Shown here: positions 27,010 to 40,400 of the stretch, in pieces
Layout of the letters: every line of letters begins with the position of its first letter
Position numbering within the stretch: position 1 is the first letter of the stretch
Assembly (NCBI GenBank): GCA_003344405.1
Contig: NOWV01000019.1
Coordinates: 124,001-188,000, forward strand
DNA from: Trichoplax sp. H2
Lineage: Eukaryota
Reading direction: 5' to 3'
Length of the DNA: 64,000 nt
Program-made: the position numbers and the translations under genes
Notes under the pieces: model-generated
Database searches by the model: none
Seen by the model: only the letters and a program-made list of their open reading frames with translations
What the model was told of the DNA's origin: nothing

Positions 27010-27120
27010 ATCAATTCAGGAAGAATTGGACTTTGGAGATTGTCAACAGTTAATTTCTGATATTAGATCTTCCAATAGCATATCAAATTGTCGTCTATTG
27101 GCTGTTTTCTCATCTCGATC

Positions 27121-30100
27121 ATGAATAAATTAGTTCCTTCTGTTGTTCGTCTTATTTCCAGTGGCCAAGTGATTCATTCCATCCAGTCTGTTATCAAAGA
27201 ATTAATTGAGAATTCTTTAGATGCAGGTGCAACCAGCATCGATATCAAACTTGTAAGTTGATTTACTGTCTTAAAAATCTGGAAGTGATGAATTTTCTGT
27301 ATTGGAGATAGTGAATCGATCATGTCTTACGTGCAGTACGTTACATTAGTCTAACCAAGCTTGCATTGGAGTCTATTTACTGTAAATGGGATAATCAATG
27401 TGGTCAATAATGTCCTTAATGTCAATAATACACTCGATAGTGGACTTTAGTTGTGTTGGTTTTATTGAATGCTATGAAATAATATAATATTATACGTCTG
27501 TATTTGGAATCCTAGTCGTTGTAGCAGTTAAAACAGATCCCTATCCACCATTAATAGTAAACATCGCATCATATTTTTATGATGCTGTAGACCTAATAAG
27601 TTTGCCAGACTACAAGTCGATTGTTGTTGTCATCTCGTAATCTAGCTTTTTTTTATATACTGCAATAAGTTGGATATCAAATTGGATTTGCAATACGGAT
27701 AGACGTATACTATTGCAGTTGCGAGTTCTTAATACGAGTAGTATTAAAATTTTTGTTCTTTTCTTACAACCTGAATTCGCTCTTGCTATAAAACAGGAAA
27801 ATTTCGGATTAGACAAAATCGAGATACGCGATAATGGCTGCGGAATACCAGCAACAGAGACTGCTTACATGGGCCAAAAGCATTATACATCCAAGCTGAG
27901 AGATATGCAGGATTTAAGCTCGATAATGACCTACGGATTTCGCGGTGAAGCATTGAGCTCTTTATGTGCTGTAAGTGATGTTTCAATTGTGACTAAGACT
28001 CAAACTGACAACGTTAGCACATTTTACGAGCTCCATTATGATGGCACGATAAAGAAAAGCAAGCCATCTCATTACGGTCAAGGTACATTGAATATATATA
28101 TATCAGCTAGGAAATAAGACTATTGTAATTTCATTTTCACCGTATGACTGGCTGAATGATAATTGTAATATTTCTGATGTTTGTAACCGTTTTATGTATC
28201 AAATATTGTCCTTTATAACAGGTACATCGATCATTGCGTGCAACTTATTTAAGAGTTTGCCAGTTAGGAGACAGGTATATAAAACCAACAAAAAGTGCAA
28301 AGAAGAATTAAAACGAATAGAGGATTTAATCATTTCTTATGCCATTATCAAACCGACCGTTCGATTCTGTCTTAAACACAATAAAAGTGTAATATGGCAA
28401 AAATGCCAGGTAGCTGATATTGGCTCTGCCATATCGGTCGCATTTGGACGTGCCGTCTTTTCTGAAATGATCACGATCAATTACAAGGGCGAAGATCCAG
28501 CGTTTTCTCTTCGTGGATATATTCCCAAAAATTACTCCAATGATGAGCTAACTGGTAGATCGAATAGTGATCGTTGTTTTATTTATATCAATCAGCGACC
28601 TGTAATGTTTAAAGGTGTCTTGCAGGTGTGTCCTTAGTTTGTACATGGAATAGTTACGGTATAAAATCTATCTCTAGTAGTTAAATTAATAAATACAATT
28701 AACATAGGTGATATGAACTTAACTGTTATTGTTACATTCTTTAAAATGCATTACATTCAGGCCATCAAACACCATTACCTTGCATGCCAAAAAGGACAAA
28801 TTAATAAATGGCCAATCGCTATTCTTGACTTTACTATTGATTCGAAATTGGTCGATGTTAATGTAGAATCGAGTAAAACTCAGGTTTATCTTAGCTTTAA
28901 GGTATATCAATTCCAATTCCCCTTATTTATCGAATTATATAATACTATTGATTACTTAATGTTGACATTGAAGTTAAAATCATCGAGGATTTCAATCCTA
29001 TTTTTTTTTATGACACTCTCTAGGACGAATTAATAGCATCATTTAATGATCACTTAGATTCCTTAGCTCCATCAGAGCATCAATGCAGTGATCCGTAAGA
29101 AACTTTATATGTTTTCATTACTTTCCATTATAAGTCTGAGAAAATTCAAATTATTCTATTTTAATAGACCTCAAAAATTAGATCTGGCAACGAAAGCTCC
29201 TGATGTTTCGGTATCAAATGAATCTTCAGTTATTAAAGAATCAGTGAGCAACCATTGCTACGATCAGATTTCGTATGATGGTAAATCAGTTGAAACTCCT
29301 CATGAAGTATCAAAAGTTCATAATACAGTACAAGCATTTGATATCAATAGTACATCATATGAAAATACTACGAATGCAATGGAATGTACGGATGATCATG
29401 ATGGCCAAAATAATGATAATGCCACCACCGCTAAGATTGGAGATGAAAATATCGTCATATCGGTGCAAGAGTCTGCTACAACTGATAGCAAACATGAATT
29501 ACCTGAATCTTCAAAGGTAGATACTGAAGATTTAATCATGGAAATTGCTGAAGATGATGGCTTTGCTGGTACCGTAGATCATGATAATTCCTTAAATAAA
29601 AATGAATCGATCCCTATTTGTGATAATCATGCAAAAACAACAATTCAGGATAACAATAAAAATGAAGGTATGGTAAATTGACAGTGCATTGTTGATATAC
29701 GCTTACTGTATTACATAGTCCTATTGCTCTCAAGAAACTGACAACAAGCTGACGTGGTTATAATAGTAGATGATGTGGAACGAGTAATTTTGCCGGAAAA
29801 CATCGATCTAGCTAGTTGGAGTAAAGGTAAAGGTTTAGAAGAAAGGACTCTGGAGGTACGTAATACCAATAATGTTTGTATAGATGTGACTGTCTCATAA
29901 TTTTAGCTAACTCATATCGGTTCACTACTTTTACTTATGATTCTAGTTTCATAATTAATACGTCATTTTGTTTAAGCCGGTTAGTATCTTAGTTCCAATG
30001 CGCGGCCCAGAAAATGCTCCAGATACACCACTGGGTGTTGACATGCTTTCAACTCCTGATAAAATAAATGTAAATGCATATCTCTGAAATTCTATTTTTC

Positions 30101-32556
30101 ATCGTTGCAGTTGTCCGTATAAACGTGTTGTTTGCAATTTTTACTAGGACAATGAACCCAATAATAAAGTTTTAGCATCGGACTTACGAAATAAACATGA
30201 TGACTTGATTATAAAAGGTCTGGCACATGTCAAAAGTGTACATAATTGCAGTAAATACGATTTTAGAATACTATTAGCGTAGAAACACGACATTATAATG
30301 ACTTAATTTAAATTGAAATTTCGCCATTATTGTAATTTTTCTAACGTGGGTTCCATGATTAATTGAATGTAACTCTTAGAAACTTCGGCCAAATCAAACT
30401 CAGAACTACAACAATTGAGTGGCATGATCCAGGATAGATGGAAAGCATTGACATCAGGAGAATTATGTAAATCGAAGAAATCATCAAAAGGGAGAAATTT
30501 AAGGTAGTTTTAATTGTGGTATACATAGAAATGTGCCAGTTATGTACAGTCAATGCCAATAATGCTAGAAAATGTAAAAGCTTATCACAGCTAAGTGCTT
30601 TTATTAAATTTTACAATTAGTCCTTTTCCAAAGAGACCGGCAAGCCGAGAAAATAACAAACTTTCTGAGGTATATTACCTAGCCTATTTTTAAGGTTACC
30701 TTTAAGATTATTTTTGTAGATTAATTGACTGTCATCTGCCATGGTCTAATGCGACATCTAATACTCATATACCGGATTCTAACATGTACTAGATTCTATA
30801 AAGTAGTAAGATGTTATTTTATGTATTCTATTTTTTAATTTTATAGGTTTCAAGCCCATCTGTACTCAACTTTTTCACTCCTAATACAACTCGAAGCACA
30901 AATAGCTTATCTGAGGAATCAGATGGAGAGCAAGATGAAACTATTGTTTACAACTTTGAACTAATGAAAGCTAATTATGAAAAATTGCGGTATTACAATT
31001 TCTAGCTCATTAGTGTTGTGCATTTTTTCACATTATTGCTTTAGCTGAACGTTTGTTTATATGCGTTTTAGGAAGAGTCCATTAGATGAGAATACTGAGA
31101 TGATTGGCCCAATTGATTCTACTAAGCTTTGGCTATTGCGTCAAAAGAATGAAGTGCTAGTTGCGGATCCTTACAAGTATGTTGTTTGGAACTTTTATGA
31201 ATCGAAATTGAAATGTTTAAACCTTGTTAGTGTAGTAATTTGAGCTTGTTTCTTGTTAGAATTGAGGAAAGATTTGTTTATGAAAAGTTTATGGCTGAAC
31301 ATCGCTTACCTATCGTTGTGCTAAGTAGATCAATCACATTAACGGAAGGGTAAGTAATAGAGGTATCGTGTGAATCTGCGAGATTCTTTTTGCATACAGG
31401 ATATGGTCTTTCACCCTCATCTATAAAAGGATTGTTTTGATGCAGTATTCATTCCCATCTTTCTTCCACATGTTAGCTACACTTGATTAGTAATCAATTT
31501 CTTGCGATCCTTACAGAATGATTGGTGACCCACTGTTATGTTCGATCTTATGGAATATGTCCAATCAGCATAATCCCCCAGATAAGCATAGGTAAGCCAT
31601 AACGGAAATATAAATCTTACGCTTTTTGTGCCTAATTTATGGTGCATTTGTGAAAGTCAATGCATTTCTTATGCTGTCTATTTGTATCAAAGTTATTATC
31701 AGGATGAGCGACTAGTTGCCAACGGATTTCTAATCAGACGTGATATAGGTAAATTTAGATCAATGTATGACATGCATATATAAGTTGGGGTTGGCTGCTT
31801 ATGAAATATTGTGTATTTCTCTTAGAAATTGATTATCCATATTTTGAAATTGTTTCCATGACACGTAACATCTATAACTATGGAATAGCAGATCTGAAAG
31901 AAATTCTAGGTTGCTACTTTGACAGTTATTTTTGTTTACTGTTTTCTGTTTTAAGAGGTAAACTAACATCGTTTGTTTGTATAGAGTGTATTGCAAATGT
32001 TGAAGGCGACCTGTCAAATGTTTGCAAATTATCACAATGCAGGCCGGCTAAAGTCGTTTCTTATTTTCGAGTGAGTACCATACTAAGTATAATAGTTTAG
32101 ACTTTTTATAATAAAGTATTTGCAAAATTTGGAAGCTTGTTGGTGCATTAATTAAGCAATAGTAGATAACTCTTGTGTAGGATACCTTAGATTGAAAATT
32201 AACGTCTATTGCTTACGCTATGAACTACTAGATATAGCTAGTAGTTCGAAGGTTACATTTATGTTTGTTTTGCGCAGGTAGGACGCACATACATAAATAA
32301 GCCTGTGTTAAGTATCAAGTTGATATTTAAATAGTAGAACTACGTTAAGATGGCGTTGTGCTGTAATTTAATGCAGGGTGAAGCAAGGCGAATAAGTTCT
32401 ATGTTAAAGAAGAATTTGAAGCCTAGCGAAGCCAATGATATCATAGCGAAAATTAAACGGCTACCAACAGACTGTACAAAGAGTCTTCGTGGGAAGGAGC
32501 TTTTTCATCGAGTGGCATTGCTAAAGGCAGAATTGACTACTGATTCAACTTCGTAG
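27121..32556 (+). CDS. PMS1: MutL-family mismatch repair protein PMS1 (MutL-beta type), multi-exon
   Basis: GHKL ATPase motifs [47 protein letters not shown]. The C-terminus ERLVANGF...[10 protein letters not shown]...[18 protein letters not shown] matches animal PMS1. No DQHA(X)2E(X)4E endonuclease motif (reads ADPYKIEE), so not PMS2 or MLH3. Confidence 0.92.
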
Positions 32557-32837
32557 TAGATATGATTAAGTTAAGGATTTGTAAAAATTTTTTGGGTTTT
32601 AGGGCTATGTTGCAAATTTTATCATTATACAGCAAGAAGGCTAAAGCAAATTAAACTTGACTCTACTGGTAGAAAAAATAGTTCGTTGTTGTTTATAAGA
32701 TTGATTTAAAGGTTTATTCCTTTCAAGTTTCACATATGAAAAGTCTACTGATTCAACGAAATTACAAGCTATAGCATTAGCAAATGCATAGATGATAAAT
32801 CGTCATATCGTTTGAATCTAAGACATCGGTAACAGTA

Positions 32838-35462
32838 TTATATTTTATTGAAAGCTGCAATATCCATTGATTGGACTAAATCTTCGATGGCTGTAATTTG
32901 TTCTTCCAAGAAGTCCGTACTAATCTATTAATTATAAAGTATTAAAAAAAATTCCAATCATGTATATGGTTACAATTGTGCTCATCTGTTTTATCATATG
33001 TAATTAATCTCGATAAGAGCTTAAAAATTAATGTTTTGCCCCATCAATGAAGACAGTCGTAGCGTTGTAACTACTTGGTAAATACAAGCGATTTTAATCT
33101 ACTCTTTCAGCTTAGAAATTGTAATTACTGTACGTATGTTGTGAATAAACTCAGATTTTACCTTGTCGTCTTCAATAACAGCAGCAATTTGTAATTTTTT
33201 AATACCGTACCCAACAGGCTTAAGTTTAGCTATGGAGAACATATAATGTGATAAATGAATGCATTGTTTGTGACACGTAACACAGTACCCATTATTTGCA
33301 TATACTGAATACATGTATACTTTAGGAAAAAGTTCGACTTGGTATGAAGTATTATCGACAAGATACGAATAGCAATATCTTTATAAGTACAGTTTCTACT
33401 AATATTTATCAAAAGCACACTATACTATCTGGATTAAAATATCTTGTTGTCAACTACCGATCGTTATTGATTACGGTAACTGATAAAGTCTAAAAGGTAA
33501 TAGAAAGTAGGCTATTACTAGATTTTGCCTAAAAGTCTTTAAAAACTATCACATAATTGAGTCTATTAATCAATTTCCACTAATTATATACTTACACGCT
33601 CCCCAGACTAGACCATCTGCTTCAATAGCGCGAACTTGTTTTTCCATCTCCTGCATGTCTAAAATGATAGAATATGAAATTGTGAAGTCTCAATCTGTCA
33701 AGAAGCTAAGCGTTAATATGCCTCCGATTATAGAAATCCTACCAGTTTCGTCATCCCATGGTTTCACATCTAGTAACAAGCTAGATTTGGCAATTACAGC
33801 TGCCTCTGAAATGGACGATGTAGAAAGCGGTGTTAAACCATTAAGAATAATACTATTTAGAGTCTATATATTACCATCTATTTGTTAAGAGATAAGAAAT
33901 ATCTGTAATCTAAGCTGAAAATGGGATGTTGGTAGAATTATGGGCTTTTTATGGGTTAATGACATACTTTTTGCTTTCTTGGCTTGATAACTCTCCACGC
34001 GTTGCTGCTTCAATTTTTCTTCTTCATCCTTGATAAATAATTATTATAATTTAATTGGCATACTGTGAATATTAAGTAGTCTTTCAAGAGTATCCTTCTC
34101 TTTGGTTGATAATCCAATGTTAAGGAATAAGTATGAAGATCACAGCTAGTAATTGGGTATAAATAGTAATCCGTAGACTTACTTCAGAATCAGATGCGAA
34201 TAAATCGAATTCTTCATCGTCGTCTTTATTGTCCTCTGTTTCATTACCCGCAGGTCCATAGGAACTTAAGCTTTTCTTATCACCGGGAAATCTAATCAAG
34301 AACGATAATAATTGGTAGGTTAGGTATAGCAAAAGAGGCACGATGATACGTCCATTGATTCCTTTCAAAGAATCGAAATCAAGGCTGATGCAGTGTAATC
34401 GATTCTTTGCACAACTTAGCTACTGTACTAATATTGTGTTATGTAATGACGACAATAATGGTACCGTCTATCCCGTTGAGCGATGGCTACTTTACTATTT
34501 ATTAAAAGCAACAGTAAGCAATACTTACGCTTTCCTTTCATTTGCATCGTATGATGAAATGTGACTGAACCAACGCAATGCATGATTCAATTTGTCAGAA
34601 GGTGCACCAGAAAGAGCAGCAAAGACGACACTATCAGCTTGAGATGGTACATAACTATGTAGACAAGGGGAAAAAAATCAAGACAATCCTCTTGATTAGT
34701 AAGATAGTAGCAATACAGTTGATCAGCACAATATCAATCATGATGAGTTGGTAGCAACGTTATTGCTATGGCAAGGCGACCTACGTCTACGCTATCGCAT
34801 ATCGACTAGACTACAGCATGTTCAAGTACCACCATGACGGTAATATTATTGTCAAAGCTATCGTCCACTTTCTATGTGTATGTACAGTACATCAATACAA
34901 GTAAACACATCGCATGCTAGAGTGCATGATAAGGGAAAAATCAATCATAAGTTAATCACGGTCCATCCAAGGAAAGCCATCAAGCCACAGCGACCATGTT
35001 GGTGCCACATCTAATGTCAATTGTGTCCATCACTCCATATCAGCGTGTAATGCAAATCAAGCATGTACGGGCGGTATCCAAGTAAAGCTATCTCGTAAGG
35101 AGTCTTAAGTAATCGCTAGTAGGATTGGTGGATTAGAAGACTTGTCCAAGCTTCTCGAACTGATTTCAACCGGTGATGATACGCGTATAAAGTTAATTGA
35201 TTGAAGTTGTTGGTTGTCAAGGTTAAGCGTTGGCCGGTTGCTTGTTTCTATACTGTCTGTATAGGCAGGAGGGACTGGATGCCCATTTTTAAAGTGATGA
35301 TGGCTAGGACAACTTGGGTTCTTATCATTCAACATTGTCAATCCTAAATATGAAAGATTACTGTAGTAAATCGTTTCCTTACCCTTCAATATAGCTACGA
35401 TCAGCCAAGTAATTATTTAATGAAGTTAAACCAGCTTCACTTTTTAAATCGGGGAAACCCAT
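32838..35462 (-). CDS. EEF1B: Translation elongation factor 1-beta, 8 exons
   Basis: MGFPDLKSEAGLTSLNNYLADRSYIEG/YVPSQAD...HALRWFSHI...DDDEEFDLFASDSE...IAKSSLLLDVKPWDDETDM...[21 protein letters not shown]...VQSMDIAAFNKI*. Confidence 0.97.
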
Positions 35463-35514
35463 CACGTTGTTGGCGAATATTTGACGAGGGGTGGTCGCAA
35501 TAAAGCCACGGTAC

Positions 35515-35523
35515 AAAAGGAAG
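35515..35523 (-). promoter_or_regulatory. Putative TCT / 5'TOP polypyrimidine initiator of EF-1beta
   Basis: CTTCCTTTT on the minus strand, 53-61 nt upstream of the ATG, as is typical of translation-machinery genes. Confidence 0.5.
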
Positions 35524-36035
35524 CCTAGCGCGTAGTCTTGGTACAAATATACCGTAGAAGGGGTGGTGACATCCAGTACAGACAGATGGACTTTTTCTTG
35601 CTCAATGAGGCCATCCAATACCCAAAGATGGCTACTTAGTATGCATCTTTAGCGTCTGTTTTCTAAATCACTGGTACTCGTTCTAATAACATCGACGATC
35701 TCATATCACTGTCTCCAAGTGGAACTTAGTAACAGATAATAAAATTTAGCGTAATATTACTTAATTTAGAAAAAATCAGTCACTTCAAAATGGACCATCT
35801 GCACATTCCACTACGGTCATCGTAATGAAGTAGTTGACACAATATTATTTTGGACGAGAGGAGGTTGAAAATGTCTGTCCGTCCAAGAGTGATGGGACAG
35901 GGCAGGTCCCCAGGTCGTCTACTAGTGGTCCAAGGTACAGTACAGAGGCGAGTAGTAAGTACTGTACTACTAGAGTACTATGTATAGTACTGTACAGTAG
36001 CAAGGATTTCTGCACAGTACAAGTCCATGGTTCAA

Positions 36036-36058
36036 ACACACACACACACACACACACA
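36036..36058. repeat. (CA)n microsatellite
   Basis: About 11 AC/CA units. Confidence 0.9.
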
Positions 36059-36274
36059 GTCTGTCTTGCGGTCTGTCTGTATGCTGCAATCTGTTCTTGT
36101 AGTTACTGTATGGACGAAGCCAGAACTGATCACTTACTTTAAAGTAACAAAATGAGCTGTTTCAGCGAAAGAAGCCGTAAAATAGAACAGCCTGTGCTGT
36201 ATGCACAGTACACTGTACACCAATATGGAAGATTGGAAGAGAAAGCTCAACACTAGGGTTGTTCCGATACATAC

Positions 36275-37376
36275 GATTTCAGTGGTCCATTCAGTACTGA
36301 ATTCGCTTACCACTGGCCTTACACTACTACTCGTAGTCCATCCTGTAGTACTCCAATTCGGCAAGGCTGGACGCCCGGACTACTGTACAGTGTACAGTAC
36401 TACATACTGTATACTGTACTGTACAGTGTACTGGCCGACATTGTCACACTTCGGGCCCACGTCCCACAAATCTCGTACAATACAGTACTAGTATCCAGTG
36501 GTTGTGCGATTTCAGTGATCCATTTAGTACTGAATTCGCTTCCCACTGGCCTTACAGAACACTACTACTCGTAGTCCATCCTGTAGTACTCCAATTCGGC
36601 AAGCCTGGACGCCCGGACTGCTGTACAGTGTACAGTACTACATACTGTATACTGTACTGTACACTGTACTGGCCGACATTGTCACACTTCGGGCCCACGT
36701 CCCACAAATCTCGTACAATACAATATAGTACTAGTATCCAGTGGTTGTGCGATTTCAGTGGTCCATTTAGTACTGAATTCGCTTCCCACTGGCCTTCTAA
36801 CAGAACACTACTACTCGTAGTCCAATAAGTCCGTACTGTAGTACTCCAATTCGGCAAAGCTGGACGCCCGGACAACTGGACAATGTACAATACAGTACAG
36901 TACTATATACTGTATACTGTACACTGTACTGGGCGACATTGTCACACGTCGGGCTCACGTCCCACAAATCTCCTACTGTATAGTACAGTACAGTACAATA
37001 CAGTACAGTGTACAGTGTACAGTACTCTACACTGTACACTGTACAGTCGACAGTACTAGTACCCAGTGGTTGGGGATGCGGGACTAAACGTTCCCACTAC
37101 TGGACATCGATTTGGAGAGAGAGAGAGAGAGAGAGTCATGGCGTTTTGCTTTATTGTGACTGTACACTGTACTGGGCGACATTGTCACACGTCGGGCTCA
37201 CGTCCTACAAATCACGTACAGTACAGTGTACAGTGTGCAGTACTGTACACTGTACACTGTACAGTCGACAGTACTAGTATCCAGTGGCTGGGGATGCGGG
37301 ACTAAACGTTCCCACTACTGGACATCGATTTGGAGAGAGAGAGAGAGAGAGAGTCATGGCGTTTTGCTTTATTGTG
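36275..37376. repeat. Composite tandem array in the EF-1beta/UBE4A divergent promoter: about 3 x 235-240 bp unit A, then 2 x 215-240 bp unit B with (GA)n
   Basis: GATTTCAGTG...GAATTCGCTT...CTCCAATTCGGCAA at 36275, 36509 and 36751. GGGATGCGGGACTAAACGTTCCCACTACTGGACATCGATTTGG(AG)nTCATGGCGTTTTGC occurs twice, ending near 37158 and 37376. Confidence 0.93.
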
Positions 37377-37440
37377 GATGCCATATTGGAGTCTTCTTAA
37401 ATAGATTAAGGTAATTGTGTCTTTTTGTATTCATTGGACT

Positions 37441-40400
37441 ATGGAAGAGATCAAGAATGATAGCAATCCATCGCAGCAACATCAGCATGGATGTCATGAT
37501 CCAGTAAGAGAAGAGACCGTCGACAACAACGTTATGGAGGTCGCCGAGGTAGATACCGATGAAGAGTTTGCATCCAATCCTTTTAGCCAATTGTTTGAGT
37601 CATTACAACATGCTAAAACTGCTGCCAAAAGATTTAAGAACGCCACGGATTTGAAGGAAACCACTTTAATAGGTAAAGGCGAGATAAACTATAGCCTTCA
37701 CTTTGCCTTTCATCCTACTGTAGTAAGCATAATAGGACATTACATCAAGGTTCTTCATCCTGTTGGACTGTCCTGTACTGTACTCGTACTCTACGGTACA
37801 GGTGATCCATGGAAAACTACTACAGCAAGTGGATTCATAAACTAGAGTAGCTGCATGTTGCACATCTTTTATAGCGTGTGCTTGTGTGTCTATGTCTCTC
37901 TCATCACTTGCTTCCTTACTAGTTGTAATGTCAAGCTGCTCAACCTTGACATTACAATCTTTCTTGCACAACTATACAGTACTGTACAATACGAATCTAT
38001 TAACAACAATTCACAATGATGTAACATTTGTAACATGGAAAGAATGGACTCATCTAACACTCATCTTCTTCATCGTAGGCCAAATGAAAATGAACCTTAA
38101 GGACTCAGCTGAACTTCTTCAACTTGATATCACCGCAGACGAATTAATTGTCAATGATATTCTACAACGAATTCTACTAGTGACTGCAGATAAACGTATG
38201 ATAACAGTTGTTTACTACTTACAATTATTGTAGGCCTATGCTGTCCAATGTACAGCATACTGTACTGGAGTTGGTACTGTGATAGGTGTATTAGCTTAAG
38301 ATGAAAACGAGCTACCTCAGTCCGACTAAGAATGAATAATTAATAGTAATCAATAAGTACAGTAATCATTCCATTTCAATACTGAACATGATAAAAATAA
38401 TCTAGTAGCTCAATCTTTCGTATTAATAGACAAGTGTGATGAATTGCAAGGGTAATCTCAAGCATGATAGAAAAATTAGACTAACCCTCTTAATTCTTAT
38501 TTTGCTAGATTTTTCAAAACGTGCTGATAAGATATCTGTAAAAATACCACAGACAATTGTGCTATTGCCATTAAGTAATGAGTTAACTGAAGACCGTTGC
38601 TGTTTGAACTTCGATATTGTCGATGAGGTAATGCTAAAATTGGGTACAATGCTAATGCAATAACTGTTGTACATTCATTCATTCGTGTAAGAAAATTGCT
38701 CGAATAGCAAAGATATAGAACGCCAGTGGTATAGAATACAAGGACATGTAGCTCTCCAATTAAAAATAGACTAGAATAAGAATGGACATAGTTTTATCAG
38801 TGACTATAAATATCATCAATCACCATTCATCATAAAATTATACAATGTCAATAGTATTAATTGCCATGGATAATGTATCAACATTCTAAATAGAATCATA
38901 GCCTTACAAGTGCATTGTGATGATACGTGCTAGTATTATTACTACGATACATATCCTGTATAACCATACACATTCCAAGATCGAAAACAATCTTAGTATG
39001 CTATTGAACGTAGTCATTACCATAGCACCTTGCTAGACACTGTCTTGCGTGTGTGCTCGTATTCAAAAGTACTTGACAGTTATACTGAATGGCAAAATCA
39101 ACTAAATTTCAATCCAATTTCAATACTATTAGGCACTCATAGAACGTCTCAGTATGGCTGATATTCACCCAAATGTCATAACGTTTCGTCCCTCAAATAA
39201 AGCAAAAGATGACCAAAGCTATCGCGTCTCTTTAGCCCTAGTAGCTGAACCTAATCCTATTGTTTATTTATTCGAATGTCATCGTAGAGCTCGTTTAGTN
39301 NNNNNNNNNNNNNNNNNNNATAGTATTAATTGCCATGGATAATGTATCAACATTCTAAATAGAATCATAGCCTTACAAGTGCATTGTGATGATACGTGCT
39401 AGTATTATTACTACGGTACATATCCTGTATAACCATACACATTCCAAGATCGAAAACAACCTTAGTATGCTATTGAACGTAGTCATTACCATAGCATCCT
39501 TACAAGTGCATTGTGATGATACGTGCTAGTATTATTACTACGGTACATATCCTGTATAACCATACACATTCCAAGATCGAAAACAACCTTAGTATGCTAT
39601 TGAACGTAGTCATTACCATAGCATCTTGCTAGACACTGTCTTGCGTGTGTGCTCGTATTCAAAAGTACTTGACAGTTATACTGGATGGCAAAATCAACTA
39701 AATTCCAATCCAATTTCAATACTATTAGGCACTCATAGAACGTCTCAGTATGGCTGATATTCACCCAAATGTCATAACGTTTCGTCCCTCAAATAAAGCA
39801 AAAGATGACCAAAGCTATCGCGTCTCTTTAGCCCTAGTAGCTGAACCTAATCCTATTGTTTATTTATTCGAATGTCATCGTAGAGCTCGTTTAGTTTTAC
39901 AAGAACAATCGGTAAATATGTGGCTGCATTACCTTGTTAATACAGCTTCCAACTCTTATGGAGTAAATAATAGTCTTGATTGACTATGACATAGCTAATC
40001 TTTTTCGATACTCTACTCAACGCAGGCAGATAATCAGTGTAGTAGACAAGCTGCAGAAAAATGCAAAGCTATCGTAGCGACATTTGTTGGGTAATATGAA
40101 TTGTATTACTATCAATAATGAATTAATCAAATAATATTGATGAATATTATGTCATTGAGATATCATTTGCTTTTAATGTTTTACAGCTCTTGCTTACTAA
40201 CACCTGATATTCTATCAGGTCAAGATACAAACAAGCAGTTCGACTCATTACTTACTGATAGGCAATACTCTGGTAAAATTCATTCATTACATTCGTATTC
40301 AAGTTAACATTTTCATTCTTATACAATTACTAACGCTATCGCTTGTTTCCATTATTTGTAATGTAGGAACGCCCGAATTGTACGAATTTTTGAAAGACAT

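Noticed and set aside
32975-33530. H/ACA snoRNA candidates in EF-1beta introns 6-7 (hairpins followed by ACA)
   Set aside because: H box, pocket geometry and 5' hairpin were not convincing, and I saw no match to recalled SNORA41 or SNORD51.
35834-37414. Several 60-110 aa Cys/Tyr/Thr/Val-rich ORFs
   Set aside because: These are translations of TACTG-rich tandem repeats on both strands with no protein-family signal.
39132-39299. Duplicated or mutually exclusive UBE4A exon
   Set aside because: The exon copy is identical and ends at the N gap, which fits an allelic assembly overlap better.
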